Source of the DNA: Acidobacteriaceae bacterium
Lineage (GTDB): Bacteria; Acidobacteriota; Terriglobia; Terriglobales; Acidobacteriaceae
Direction of reading: 5' to 3'
Assembly (NCBI GenBank): GCA_035713565.1
Contig: DASSZI010000045.1
Coordinates: forward strand, 1-56,623
Length of the DNA: 56,623 nt
Shown: positions 18,862 through 28,443 of the stretch, in pieces
How the letters are laid out: every line of letters begins with the position of its first letter
How positions within the stretch are numbered: the first letter of the stretch is position 1
Position numbers and translations under genes: made by a program
The notes under the pieces: model-generated
The model's database searches: none
What the model saw: the letters and a program-made list of their open reading frames with translations, nothing else
Told to the model about the DNA's origin: nothing

Positions 18862-19539
18862 TTGAAGCGTATTGTCCTTTGTTTTGCATTTTTTGCGTTC
18901 GCCGCCAGCGGCGCCAGTGTCTATGCGCAGGTTGCGCCTCCTACGGAAGTACATGATGCCACGGCCCTCAAGCCGCCTGCGGGTGCTCGGGTGGCCATTG
19001 TTGAATTTGAGGACATGGAGTGCCCAGATTGCGCGCGCGCCAACCCGCTGCTGAAGGAAGCGTCGGAGAAGTACCATATTCCCTGGGTACGCCACGACTT
19101 CCCACTCTCAATGCACGTGTGGAGTTTTGATGCCGCAGTAGATGCGCGCTGGTTTGACACCAAATCCAAGAAGCTGGGAGATGAATTCCGGGATGCGGTA
19201 TTTGCGAATCAGGCCAGCATCCAGACTCAGGCCGATTTGCGGGCCTTCGCGGAGAAATTCGCACAACAGCACAATCTCGGCTTTCCGTTTGTTGTCGATC
19301 CACAGGGGAAACTGGCTGCGGAGGTCAAGGCCGACTATGCACTTGGGCAGCGGATTGGCATCGAGCATACTCCCACCATCTGGGTCGTGACAAATAAGAA
19401 GAGCGGAGTTCCCTTTGTGGAGGTGGTTGATAGGACCCGGCTCTATCAAATTATCGATCAGGCGCTGGCTGAGACAGCCAGCGAGAAGGGGAGTACCTCG
19501 GGAGCCGCAAGCCGTTCGCGGCACGCGACATCTGAATAG
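18862..19539 (+). CDS. DsbA-family thioredoxin-fold protein, secreted
   Basis: The signal peptide is (M)KRIVLCFAFFAFAASGASVYAQ, from a TTG start. The CxxC motif sits in VAIVEFEDMECPDCARANPLL. A DsbA-like helical insert follows. Confidence 0.8.
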   Translation: MKRIVLCFAFFAFAASGASVYAQVAPPTEVHDATALKPPAGARVAIVEFEDMECPDCARANPLLKEASEKYHIPWVRHDFPLSMHVWSFDAAVDARWFDTKSKKLGDEFRDAVFANQASIQTQADLRAFAEKFAQQHNLGFPFVVDPQGKLAAEVKADYALGQRIGIEHTPTIWVVTNKKSGVPFVEVVDRTRLYQIIDQALAETASEKGSTSGAASRSRHATSE

Positions 19540-19542
19540 GAA

Positions 19543-19578
19543 AACCAGCAGGCCCGGTTCAACTTGCCGGGCCTGGTT
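19543..19578. terminator. Hairpin between convergent genes (candidate bidirectional terminator)
   Basis: AACCA-(GCA bulge)-GGCCCGG, a 9-nt loop, then CCGGGCC-TGGTT. It lies immediately after the DsbA-like stop (19539) and abuts the DUF4397 stop (19579). Confidence 0.5.
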
Positions 19579-20307
19579 CTATTTGGCGAGTGGGTCGTTC
19601 GTCACAAGAACGCCAAAATTGCTCGATCCGGGTGCAGGGTCGAGCACGAAGACGCTATGCACTTCCCCTCCGGTGGGAGAAAATGGGGCTGCCGCGATGG
19701 CCGTGGTAGATCCGGTTTGCGTGACCTGGACTTCATAGGTGCCCGGCGCCAGCTGGAGGTAGCTAGAGGTCACTTGCCGGGACTGGAAAGCGCTCACAAC
19801 CGGAGTTCCGCTGATGCTGCCGCCTGGAGGGGTCAGGTAGATATCGACCGGGCCTGCGGTGGAGGATGCGTTGACGACGCGCAGTTTGAATTTGCCCGCG
19901 CCCGGAGATGTGTTGTCATCCGTGAGTGGCATCAGGCTGATATTAGGATAGGTTCCGAGATTCAGAATCGTGTAATAGCCGTTTTTTACAATGGTTTGCG
20001 TGGAGGTAGTCAGATCCGTTCCAGGCTTTTGATAGATGGAGATTTTCTGCGAAAGGCCCGCACCGATCTGGCGGTAATTCCCGGAAGAGTCGTCGGTCGC
20101 GTACTGGCCTGCCGGTTGCACGCCTACTGTGCCGTAGGGAAGACTGGCGGCTATTCCCGTCACTCCTACCTGAACGTTGTAGTCCGTCAGACCAGGCGAC
20201 GCGTTCACCGAACGCACATTGGCATTGCCGGTGGTTCCGCAGCCTGCAATCAACAGCGATGCGGCCAGGGTGAGTGTCCCGCAGGTAACGCGCCATTTTA
20301 GAGACAT
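19579..20307 (-). CDS. DUF4397 domain lipoprotein
   Basis: MSLKWRVTCGTLTLAASLLIAGCG carries a lipobox. DUF4397-type units repeat (VRSVNASPGLTDYNVQVG; LRVVNASSTAGPVDIYL). I preferred the ATG at 20307 over the GTG at 20319. Confidence 0.8.
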   Translation of the reverse strand: MSLKWRVTCGTLTLAASLLIAGCGTTGNANVRSVNASPGLTDYNVQVGVTGIAASLPYGTVGVQPAGQYATDDSSGNYRQIGAGLSQKISIYQKPGTDLTTSTQTIVKNGYYTILNLGTYPNISLMPLTDDNTSPGAGKFKLRVVNASSTAGPVDIYLTPPGGSISGTPVVSAFQSRQVTSSYLQLAPGTYEVQVTQTGSTTAIAAAPFSPTGGEVHSVFVLDPAPGSSNFGVLVTNDPLAK

Positions 20308-20692
20308 ATTCCGATCCACTCCTTCGGGAATGCGTCCAACCTCATTGATCTGTGTCGCTGAGTTCGTCGCTGGCTGAATGTCGAATGTGAAACATACAAC
20401 TGAATCTTTGCCTGCTCTGGTGTGACGGACAGGTAAACGGCCGCATCTGAACGTTCGAGTTTCACTTATCGGATGCGCTGGGCTAAAACGAGTTTGCCGG
20501 TTCTTCGCGATTTTTTCAATTGCATAATCACGAATGTATATTTTTTGTCATCGAATTTGTGTGCCGCATGCATAACCGAAGTACTTGCTCCATTTAGATG
20601 TGCGCTGAACAGGTGTCGTCGCTATGTACCCGAAACCCCCGCGAACCAAGGCAGGCCGACTCCGTTGTGCCTGCAGGGCAGCGAAGCCGCGG

Positions 20693-21910
20693 ATGTCGCG
20701 CATCGATCCGTCTCTTCCGCGCTGGATTCACTGCGTAGCGTGGCTCGTCCTGGTGCTTGGATGCAGCGACTTGAGGCCGATTGATGCCGTTCCGTTGCAA
20801 ACACCGTCACAATTTCCGCAAAAGCAGAGCGGTCCAGAAGCTCTGCAACCCGTCCAAGCAATTCCTCTCACCAGTTCCCGCATTGCAGATCGAGCGGAAG
20901 CCGCGTCGAAGTATACCGTCGAGGTGACGAGTGAAGGGTGGCAGCTTGCCCCTGTGCAACTGACTGTGGGGGATGAGATTGAATTCCGTGCGACGGGGCG
21001 CCTCAGACTGAGCGACGGCCACACCGCTGGGCCGGATGGAGTTGCACGTGGCTGGACCGATCTGCTGCGCGTCTACCCTCTGAGTAACGCAAATGGCGGA
21101 GCACTGATTGGGCGGCTTGGAAAGGGCAGTGCTGGATTTCCTTTCCTGATTGGAGCGGCTCGATTGTGGACCTCGCCTTCCTCCGGCCCGCTTTATCTGC
21201 GAGCAAACCTGAGTCCAGATTTGACGGGCGACGGAAGTTTCCATGTCGCGATCCGCCGAGTCAGAAGCCGCGGTGTGGCCGTAGGTTCGCCAGAGATGTC
21301 GAAGGCGTTTCTCTCGGGAATCTCGCCGAATCTTTTTGCGGCCATTCCCCGGCGGGTTCAGGATCTGAAGGGCGACTCCGGCGACATGGTAAATATCGCG
21401 CTGCTGGGTACCCGGCAACAGGTGCAAGGCGACCTTGCAAAGGCAGGTTGGTTTTCTACGGACGCAGATCCGCAGGACGCGTTACTTCACGGTCTGATCG
21501 ACACACTGTCGCGCCGGTCCTATCGGGATGTTCCTATGAGTACGTTGTATCTGTTTGGCCGTTCGCAAGACCTGGCGTATGCACGCGCCAGTGCAATTGA
21601 GGTCGCGGCTACGCGCAATCACATGCGTCTATGGCAAACAAAGGTGACGGTAGATGGCCTGCCATTCTGGGTAGGTTCTGCAACCCGCGATCACGGGTTT
21701 GAGAGGGACCAGCGCACGGGCGGCGTGACTCATCACATCGATCCCGATGTGGACCGCGAGCGTAGTTATATTCTGGCGAGCCTGAACGACGCGGGCCAGC
21801 TTAAAGCTGCTGCTTACGTGATGCCGTCGCACCCTGTACATGCAGCCCGTACCGCTACAGGTGGCAGCTTCTCCAGCGACGGCAGGATTCTTGTGCTTTT
21901 GTTGCGCTAG
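20693..21910 (+). CDS. LssY C-terminal domain protein with N-terminal PA-IL/LecA-like beta-sandwich
   Basis: MSRIDPSLPRWIHCVAWLVLVLGCSD is lipoprotein-like. The N-domain has LTVGDEIEFRATGRLRLSDGHTAGPDGV...GALIGRLG...GPLYLRANLSPDLTGDGSFHVAI. The C-domain is LssY_C-like: DMVNIALLGT...LYLFGRSQDLAYAR...RNHMRLWQT...FWVGSATRDHGFE. Confidence 0.75.
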   Translation: MSRIDPSLPRWIHCVAWLVLVLGCSDLRPIDAVPLQTPSQFPQKQSGPEALQPVQAIPLTSSRIADRAEAASKYTVEVTSEGWQLAPVQLTVGDEIEFRATGRLRLSDGHTAGPDGVARGWTDLLRVYPLSNANGGALIGRLGKGSAGFPFLIGAARLWTSPSSGPLYLRANLSPDLTGDGSFHVAIRRVRSRGVAVGSPEMSKAFLSGISPNLFAAIPRRVQDLKGDSGDMVNIALLGTRQQVQGDLAKAGWFSTDADPQDALLHGLIDTLSRRSYRDVPMSTLYLFGRSQDLAYARASAIEVAATRNHMRLWQTKVTVDGLPFWVGSATRDHGFERDQRTGGVTHHIDPDVDRERSYILASLNDAGQLKAAAYVMPSHPVHAARTATGGSFSSDGRILVLLLR

Positions 21911-22248
21911 AGATCACCGATCCATCCGCTCGACTCCGTCGAATCCGCATCTAACCTTTTAGCGGCATTCTTGCTGCTGACGCTGCTAGTAGCTCGGGCA
22001 ATCTCATGTTTCGCTGCCTGAGGGCGTTGAAAGAAATGTCAGCAGAGGCGCAGGTTTTCGCGATTTCCTCTGCTTGTCGTCGGCGAAGGAGAATCGCGCC
22101 AGCCGACGGACTCTGCTGATGAATTTCACTGGCTGAAGTCAGCCTGAGTCGGGCTCCTTCCTGCAGACGATCTTCTTCCCAAACGCTTCCGCTGATTCAG
22201 TGCATCCAACAGACCAGTCATTAAATCTCTGCAGTTCGAAGGTGACCC

Positions 22249-22743
22249 ATGAGTCTGGAAACGATCGAAGAGTTATTGCTGGATGAGCTCAAGGACTTGT
22301 ATTCCGCGGAAAAGCAAATTACCAAAGCTCTGCCGAAGATGGCGAAAGCCGCATCTACGCCAGACCTGAAGCAGGCTTTTGAAAGCCACTTAGAGGAAAC
22401 AAAGGGACAAGTGCAGCGGTTGGAACAGATTTTCGAGATGTTAGGTAAAAAAGGAACGGGCAAGACTTGCGAGGGGATGAAGGGAGTTCTACTCGAAGGT
22501 TCTGAGATGATCGAGGATGCGGAGAAAGGGTCCGTCCGCGATGCTGGTCTGATTGCCGCAGCACAGCGTGTTGAACACTATGAAATGGCCGGATACGGCT
22601 CCGTTCGTGCTTTTGCCCAACTGCTTGGCAAAAGCGAGATGGTTCAGCTGCTGGACGCCACCTTGAGCGAAGAAAAAGCTGCGGATTCCAAGCTGACACA
22701 AATCTCAAAAGGCGTAAACAAACAGGCGCAAAGTCAGAAGTAA
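22249..22743 (+). CDS. Ferritin-like DUF892 (YciE/YciF family) protein
   Basis: MSLETIEELLLDELKDLYSAEKQITKALPKMAKAA...HLEETKGQVQRLEQIFE...AAAQRVEHYEMAGYG is characteristic of the YciE/YciF family. Confidence 0.88.
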   Translation: MSLETIEELLLDELKDLYSAEKQITKALPKMAKAASTPDLKQAFESHLEETKGQVQRLEQIFEMLGKKGTGKTCEGMKGVLLEGSEMIEDAEKGSVRDAGLIAAAQRVEHYEMAGYGSVRAFAQLLGKSEMVQLLDATLSEEKAADSKLTQISKGVNKQAQSQK

Positions 22744-22802
22744 ACTGCTGCAGCACTTTCGGTTCAGCAGTGTGCCTCCCTGATAAGAATCCTGTTTCCG
22801 GA

Positions 22803-23804
22803 TTATCGGGGAGGCGACATATTTTGGTCTTTCATTGCGTCAAATACCTGGCCCGCAGGGTGGCAGATGGCTTTCACCAGGCTGAAGTAATGGCGTGCCC
22901 TTTTAACATCCAGCGCGATCTGTGCTTTCAGCGCATCAGCGGATGGCCATTTCTGCTCTGAGCGTATCCACTCCAGAAACTGGAGCCGCAATTCTGTAGT
23001 TTCGTCCAGCGTTATCGGATGGAAGTTCAAGATGTGGCTTTCCACGGCAAACGAATCCCAGCCAAAGGTAGGCCGATCGCCGACGTTGGTGATCGCGGGA
23101 AATTGCTCTCCATCGATCTTCAAGCATGTCGCGTAGACGCCGTTGGCCGGTAGCAATTCAGAATACGGAGCCAGGTTGATGGTGGGAACAGTATAGGTTG
23201 AGCCGTAGCCACGGCCTGGCGCGGGGCTGGAAATAATTTCAAAGGTGCGGCCCAGCATTTGCCGCGCGGCGCGCAGGTTGCCTTGTCCGATGGCAGCACG
23301 CACGGCACTGCTGGAGACAACCTGACGCCGCCAAAGCGTGGGTCGATGCACGCGAGCCTCGAAGCCAAACTCCTCGCCAAGCGTAGCCAGTTCATTCACA
23401 TCCGCGCGAGCATCCGCGCCGAAGCGGAAGTTTTCTCCCTCCTGGACTTCAACTGCGCCAAGCGCATCGCGCAGCACATCGCGGGCAAACTCCCGGGCAG
23501 TCAACCTTGAAAGGGCCTGGGTAAAGGGCAGAATCAAGGCAGCATCTATCCCCGTTTGTGCCAGCAGGTGCAGTCTCTGGGCTGGTTGAGTGATCATTCG
23601 CAAACCGCTCTCAGGACGCAGCACGCGAACGGGATGAGGCTCGAAAGTGATCGCGATGGAGTGAGCATTCAGAGCACGCGCGCGTGCAGTGACATCCGAG
23701 AGCACTGCCAAATGGCCACGATGTACACCGTCGAAGTTGCCTATGGTTACGACGGATGGACCATAATGCGAAGGTATTTCTTGTAAGGAGCGGAAAATCT
23801 GCAT
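22803..23804 (-). CDS. ribF: Bifunctional riboflavin kinase / FAD synthetase
   Basis: VVTIGNFDGVHRGHLAVL is the nucleotidyltransferase motif. A C-terminal riboflavin kinase domain follows (GRGYGSTYTVPTINL...GVYATC...RPT...ESHILNF). Confidence 0.93.
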   Translation of the reverse strand: MQIFRSLQEIPSHYGPSVVTIGNFDGVHRGHLAVLSDVTARARALNAHSIAITFEPHPVRVLRPESGLRMITQPAQRLHLLAQTGIDAALILPFTQALSRLTAREFARDVLRDALGAVEVQEGENFRFGADARADVNELATLGEEFGFEARVHRPTLWRRQVVSSSAVRAAIGQGNLRAARQMLGRTFEIISSPAPGRGYGSTYTVPTINLAPYSELLPANGVYATCLKIDGEQFPAITNVGDRPTFGWDSFAVESHILNFHPITLDETTELRLQFLEWIRSEQKWPSADALKAQIALDVKRARHYFSLVKAICHPAGQVFDAMKDQNMSPPR

Positions 23805-23806
23805 CG

Positions 23807-24589
23807 CTATAGCTCGATCGGGATGCGCAGGCCATCATAGGCCAGGCGGATGTGGAGAGGGAGTTCTTTTTCCGTCTCAACCTGGCCCAGATCATGCGAC
23901 ATATGAGTGAACCACGCGCGTCGTGGACCGATCTTCTGCACAAATCTCACGGATGAGTCCAGATTGGAGTGGCTGGGATGCGGGGTGCGGCGCAGCGCGT
24001 CCAGAATCAGCACATCCAGGCCCTGCAGAAGCCGGAAGCTGGCCTCAGGAATGTCGCTCATGTCTGTAAGATATGCGGCATTGCCAAATCGAAAGCCTAC
24101 GGTCTGCAATGTCCCGTGCAGCAGCGGGACGGTAATAAAATCGGCTCCAAACAATTGCGTGTGGGCGTCCAGCGGATGCAGTTCCACTCGCGCTTTGTGC
24201 GGGTACTGGTTGCTTTCAGCAAACGTGTATCCAAAGACGTGGCGAAGCACTTGTGTGGTGGTTGCGTCGGCATATAAAGGAATCTTTTCCGGGCGTTGGA
24301 AGCTGAGCGGACGCAGGTCATCCAGACCGAGAATGTGGTCTGCGTGAGAATGTGTGTACAGCACTGCATCCACGCGGCGGATGTTCTCACGAAGGGCCTG
24401 GTGCCGAAAATCCGGCCCCGTGTCGATGAGAACGCAGCGGCCAATTTCCCCATCATGGAACTGGATCGCAATGGAGGGACGGGTCCGCCGGTCGCGCGCA
24501 TCGGTGGAGGTACATACGGGACAGCCGCAACCGAGTGTAGGAACACCCATCGAAGTGCCGCTGCCCAGGAGGATAAGTTCTGCTTGCAT
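23807..24589 (-). CDS. MBL-fold metallo-hydrolase (PhnP/GPP-like)
   Basis: MQAELILLGSGTSMGVPTLGCGCPVCTS...YTHSHADHILGLDDLR contains the HxHxDH motif. Start set at the ATG at 24589, which avoids overlap with the upstream gene. The stop is 2 nt before the ribF start. Confidence 0.85.
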   Translation of the reverse strand: MQAELILLGSGTSMGVPTLGCGCPVCTSTDARDRRTRPSIAIQFHDGEIGRCVLIDTGPDFRHQALRENIRRVDAVLYTHSHADHILGLDDLRPLSFQRPEKIPLYADATTTQVLRHVFGYTFAESNQYPHKARVELHPLDAHTQLFGADFITVPLLHGTLQTVGFRFGNAAYLTDMSDIPEASFRLLQGLDVLILDALRRTPHPSHSNLDSSVRFVQKIGPRRAWFTHMSHDLGQVETEKELPLHIRLAYDGLRIPIEL

Positions 24590-24638
24590 GCTTTGTCTGC
24601 GAGGGAACCGAAAAGGCTGAAACTCGAAAAATCGTAGC

Positions 24639-25331
24639 TTACCGCCGCTTGGGTGGAGGTGCTGCTTGAGGTCCGGGATTTGACGCTTTGCGCGCGATCG
24701 CATTCGTGATTTCCAGGAACATCATGCGCAATTCGAACAAAGCGCTGTCGAGCAGCCGGTGTTCCGAGTCTGTCAGATTGCCCTTCGTCTTTTCGCTCAA
24801 GACACCTAAGAGATCGATCGTCTGGCGTGCGCCCATCAGATCGATGCGTGGCTTTTCTCCCGGCTGAGTGCCTGCCCCCATTGCCATCATGGCGGTCATG
24901 TACATCGACTGGACCAGGTGCTCAAACCCGACGGGGCCAAGACGGGCAGAATCCGGAGACTTCGCGCGCAGCAGGTCGTCGAGTTCTCTGGTGGTCTGCT
25001 GGTACGCCGCATTGGATTCGGCATTCTCCTGTGCGGTAGGACCGGGGGGCATGGCCGCATCCTGAACTCTCGAGCTTTCGCTGGATTCGGGCGCACGGCT
25101 CGATGTACTGGTGCCGGACCCTTGAGAAGCTGCAGATGCCGCAGGGGATTGCGTCGAGCCAGCTGCCTCACTTCTCGCAGCATCTACTGCGGAGTGCCGC
25201 TGTTCCGGTTCCCTGCGCTCTGTTTCGCGGTGCTCGGCTGCGCTTTGTGCGGCGGCTTCCGGGCGGATCTCTCCATCGGAGGATATTTTCCGTCGGTCGG
25301 TAAATGTCACCTGCGGTTCTTTTTCATGCAT
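24639..25331 (-). CDS. DUF1844 domain protein
   Basis: The middle of the protein is low-complexity and acidic/Ser-rich. The conserved C-terminus is FEHLVQSMYMTAMMAMG...IDLMGARQTIDLLGVLSEKTKGNLTDSEHRLLDSALFELRMMFLE. Confidence 0.8.
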   Translation of the reverse strand: MHEKEPQVTFTDRRKISSDGEIRPEAAAQSAAEHRETERREPEQRHSAVDAARSEAAGSTQSPAASAASQGSGTSTSSRAPESSESSRVQDAAMPPGPTAQENAESNAAYQQTTRELDDLLRAKSPDSARLGPVGFEHLVQSMYMTAMMAMGAGTQPGEKPRIDLMGARQTIDLLGVLSEKTKGNLTDSEHRLLDSALFELRMMFLEITNAIARKASNPGPQAAPPPKRR

Positions 25332-25377
25332 GAGAATCGCTCATCTTTCTAGCTCCGCTCCTGGGCGGAGTCATGTT

Positions 25378-26583
25378 TCAAGGCTGGATTGCGGAAGGTT
25401 TGAAGTCAAATGGAAGCGAGGCTGGCGTGATGGCGCAGCCCACGGCGTTGAGCTCGAGTTTTCTGTCCAGCGCCTCCCGGCGAATGGTACCCAAAGCGAG
25501 CACTCGCTCTGTGCCATCGGGAAAGCTAATGGATCCCACACTGGAGAGTTCGCCTACGGACTTGTTCTCCGCAAGCAGCGGGATTCTGGGGTTCGGCTTT
25601 GGCAGTTGGCAGTTATTCTGCACCAGGAAGCCGCTGAAGTTCCGATGAACATTGCCGCGTGAGCGTATGCGCTCGACAATCTCCTGGCCGAGATAGCATC
25701 CCTTTGAAAAATGAAGCGCCCGCGTCTGGCCGGTCTCCTGAGGCAGATCACGATCGGTAATGTCGATGGAATATGCAGGTGTACCTTCCAGAATTCGCAG
25801 CTGTTCGACTGCTTTTGCGCCACATCTCGCAACGCCGGAAGCTGTCAGAGCGTTCCAGACCTGCAGCACGTCCTTTGGCTTGCACCAGATTTCATAGCGA
25901 GGAACAAGCGGGCTGTACCCCCCGATCGCCATAACTCGCAGGCCCCCCCATAATGTGTTTTCCATCTGCATCGCGCCTGCGGGAGGGATGGGAAAGCCAG
26001 CCAGCCCCAGGATGTTCGCCGCTTGTGGTCCGGCAATGCCCACAGCAGTCCACTCCTCCGCATGCTGAAGAATGACATCATCCATGATGATGTATCGCTC
26101 GAGGTATGCTGCGAGTGTGCCCAGTTGCGATGCATCTGTTTGCAGCCAGAGTGCGTCGGCCCCGCGATAGATGTACAGGTCTCCCTGGATGCGGCCCTGC
26201 GCGTTCAGTACGAAGGCGTAGCAGCCCTGATTTGTAGAGAGCCCGACGACAGAATTGGTGACCATTCCGTTCAGCCAGCGCACGCAGTCTTCACCTTCAC
26301 AGCGCAGAAAACTACGCCAGCCCAGGTCGTAAACGCATGCCCCGTTCAACAGAGCACTCAATTCGGAAACAGTTTCAGAGAATTCCGCAGCGGTGATTGC
26401 ACCCCGATACTCAGCAAGCTGCAGCGAAGCTAACGCGCCCATCGCATCCGCGAGCGGTGTGGGTGCGGAAGCCGGGATGCGGGACTGAGATGCAGATCCA
26501 ACGGCCGGAGTTTCTGGACCGGATGCATTGAGAGCCGGAGTGGAGTTAGCTTCCAACATTAGGTCTTCTGTCCAACGGTACAC
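25378..26583 (-). CDS. ygfZ: Folate-binding protein YgfZ (GcvT-like aminomethyltransferase fold)
   Basis: The signature FSKGCYLGQEIVERIRSRG is present in a GcvT-like body. The start is either the GTG at 26583 or the ATG at 26559. On the coding strand a TATAAT lies just upstream of the GTG. Confidence 0.8.
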   Translation of the reverse strand: MYRWTEDLMLEANSTPALNASGPETPAVGSASQSRIPASAPTPLADAMGALASLQLAEYRGAITAAEFSETVSELSALLNGACVYDLGWRSFLRCEGEDCVRWLNGMVTNSVVGLSTNQGCYAFVLNAQGRIQGDLYIYRGADALWLQTDASQLGTLAAYLERYIIMDDVILQHAEEWTAVGIAGPQAANILGLAGFPIPPAGAMQMENTLWGGLRVMAIGGYSPLVPRYEIWCKPKDVLQVWNALTASGVARCGAKAVEQLRILEGTPAYSIDITDRDLPQETGQTRALHFSKGCYLGQEIVERIRSRGNVHRNFSGFLVQNNCQLPKPNPRIPLLAENKSVGELSSVGSISFPDGTERVLALGTIRREALDRKLELNAVGCAITPASLPFDFKPSAIQP

Positions 26584-26630
26584 TCAAAATTATAGCGGGG
26601 ATGTGAACAGCAGCCCCGCGATGAGGGTAC

Positions 26631-28331
26631 ATGATGGGGAAATGCTTTCTACCGATGATCCGCGGGCGATGCGTTTTAAGGATGTTTCTGTGTGGAATAG
26701 CGTTTTTTGTTACAGCTTCTCCAATCGCTGGGATGGGGCAAGAAAGTTCTCCACCTATCCGCTCCAATTCTCCGAATCAGCCATCGCAGAAGACAAAACC
26801 GCACACCAGTTCGCCTGCCTCTGGCGAACAGCAGACCCACGTTACTCCCGAGCAGGCGCAGCAGCTCTTCCGTTCAGTGGATTCGATTCTGAAGTTCGAC
26901 AGTGACGCAACGGGTTTGCCGGTCCTTCACTCTGTCCACCGGCAACTGGTCACGCGGGACGAAGTTGAACAGTATCTGCTGCAGCAACTGCAGGACGATC
27001 GTGACGCCAAACGCCTGCAACGCAGCGAACTGGTTCTGAAAAAATTTGGTTTGCTGGACCGAGATTTTCAATTGAAGCCGTTTCTGATCCAGCTCCTTCG
27101 CGAGCAGATTGCGGGTTATTACAATGACAAGACCAAAACGGTGAGCCTGCTGGACTGGATTCCACCGGAGGAGCAGAAACCGGTGCTGGCACATGAACTG
27201 ACCCATGCTTTGCAGGATCAACACGTAGATCTAAGAAAGTGGGGCCAGGAGAGCGATCCGGACATCCCAACCAACGTGACGCAGGATAACCGGCACATTG
27301 CTAGAGATGAGGAGGACACAGCCCGCGACGCCGTGGTGGAGGGACAGGCAATGGCTGTTTTTTTGGATTACGCTCTTGCACCCGCGGGGAAGAACATACT
27401 GACCGCACCCAAGGTCGTCGATAAGATGGACCAGGCGATGGCAGACAGCGCGGATTCGCCAACGCTAGCGAATGCTCCTTTGGTCCTGCAGCAATCGTTG
27501 ATCTTTCCGTATGTGGCAGGCCTGAACTTTGTCCGGACGGTGCTCGCAGCCAAGGGCAAGAAGGGGGCCTTTGCTGGAATGCTCGATCACCCACCTTCTT
27601 CCAGTTACGAAATTATGACTCCCCAGGTTTACCTGGAGCACAAGCCTGTGCCTCTGCTGCAAATGCCAGATATTCATCCGCTCCTTGGCGCTCAGTACCG
27701 CCCCTATGATGTCGGCGTGATGGGCGAGTTCGATGTGCAGATTCTGACGGAGCTTTTCGGGGGTGCTCAGGCGGCCCAGGCGCTGACGCCAGCTTGGCGC
27801 GGAGGCATTTATTACGCGGCGCAAAGTAAATCGGCAAAGGCCGGAGCGGGCCAGGATTCACCAGCTTCACTCGCGCTCCTTTATCTATCCCGCTGGACCA
27901 CCCCACAGGCCGCGCGAGCTTTTGCAAAGGTTTACTCGCAGGAAATTTCTCGCAAATACAATAACGCTGTCCGGGCTGATGGAAACGATTCGGGAAGCGA
28001 GGGCGCCAATGCACTCACCCGGATCTGGAATACGCCCGAAGGTCCGGTTCTGATTGTGGTTACAGGCCGAACCGTCTACGTTAGCGAAAGCCTTCCGCTC
28101 GATCTTGCGCGCAAGCTGCAACTTGTCATGATGGGCAGCATTGAAGGAAACGCGAACAGTATGGTCGCCGGGAAGAGAACCTCGCAAAGGGATTTGACCT
28201 CCGCTCTGCGCCATCGGCTGTTTACCGCCGGGATTATGCGAGAAGCTTTGCAGACGGTTCAAGCCCGCCGGGAGCTTGTGGAGAAATCCGGAGACCGGGC
28301 AATTGTGCTCGCCGGACAAAGCACGCGATAA
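26631..28331 (+). CDS. Secreted putative zinc metalloprotease (HExxH ... E), uncharacterised family
   Basis: The N-terminus is hydrophobic (MFLCGIAFFVTASPIAG). LAHELTHALQDQH has its first His at 27192-27194, and a Glu in VVEGQAMAV lies 49 residues downstream. This is a gluzincin-like arrangement. Confidence 0.7.
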   Translation: MMGKCFLPMIRGRCVLRMFLCGIAFFVTASPIAGMGQESSPPIRSNSPNQPSQKTKPHTSSPASGEQQTHVTPEQAQQLFRSVDSILKFDSDATGLPVLHSVHRQLVTRDEVEQYLLQQLQDDRDAKRLQRSELVLKKFGLLDRDFQLKPFLIQLLREQIAGYYNDKTKTVSLLDWIPPEEQKPVLAHELTHALQDQHVDLRKWGQESDPDIPTNVTQDNRHIARDEEDTARDAVVEGQAMAVFLDYALAPAGKNILTAPKVVDKMDQAMADSADSPTLANAPLVLQQSLIFPYVAGLNFVRTVLAAKGKKGAFAGMLDHPPSSSYEIMTPQVYLEHKPVPLLQMPDIHPLLGAQYRPYDVGVMGEFDVQILTELFGGAQAAQALTPAWRGGIYYAAQSKSAKAGAGQDSPASLALLYLSRWTTPQAARAFAKVYSQEISRKYNNAVRADGNDSGSEGANALTRIWNTPEGPVLIVVTGRTVYVSESLPLDLARKLQLVMMGSIEGNANSMVAGKRTSQRDLTSALRHRLFTAGIMREALQTVQARRELVEKSGDRAIVLAGQSTR

Positions 28332-28443
28332 AGCGTCCACGTTATACTTAGCCTTTTGCTGACGAACCAGGCTGTGATCGCAGACTGCCGCAGCACGGTT
28401 AGCAGATACGCACCTGAGCGAACCTAAAGGAGTGATTCCCCAG

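Noticed and set aside
19564-20301. A 245-aa plus-strand ORF almost exactly mirroring the DUF4397 gene.
   Set aside because: Its translation is Arg/Gly-rich with no motifs. The minus-strand frame gives a lipobox and repeated DUF4397 units. This is a typical high-GC antisense ORF artefact.
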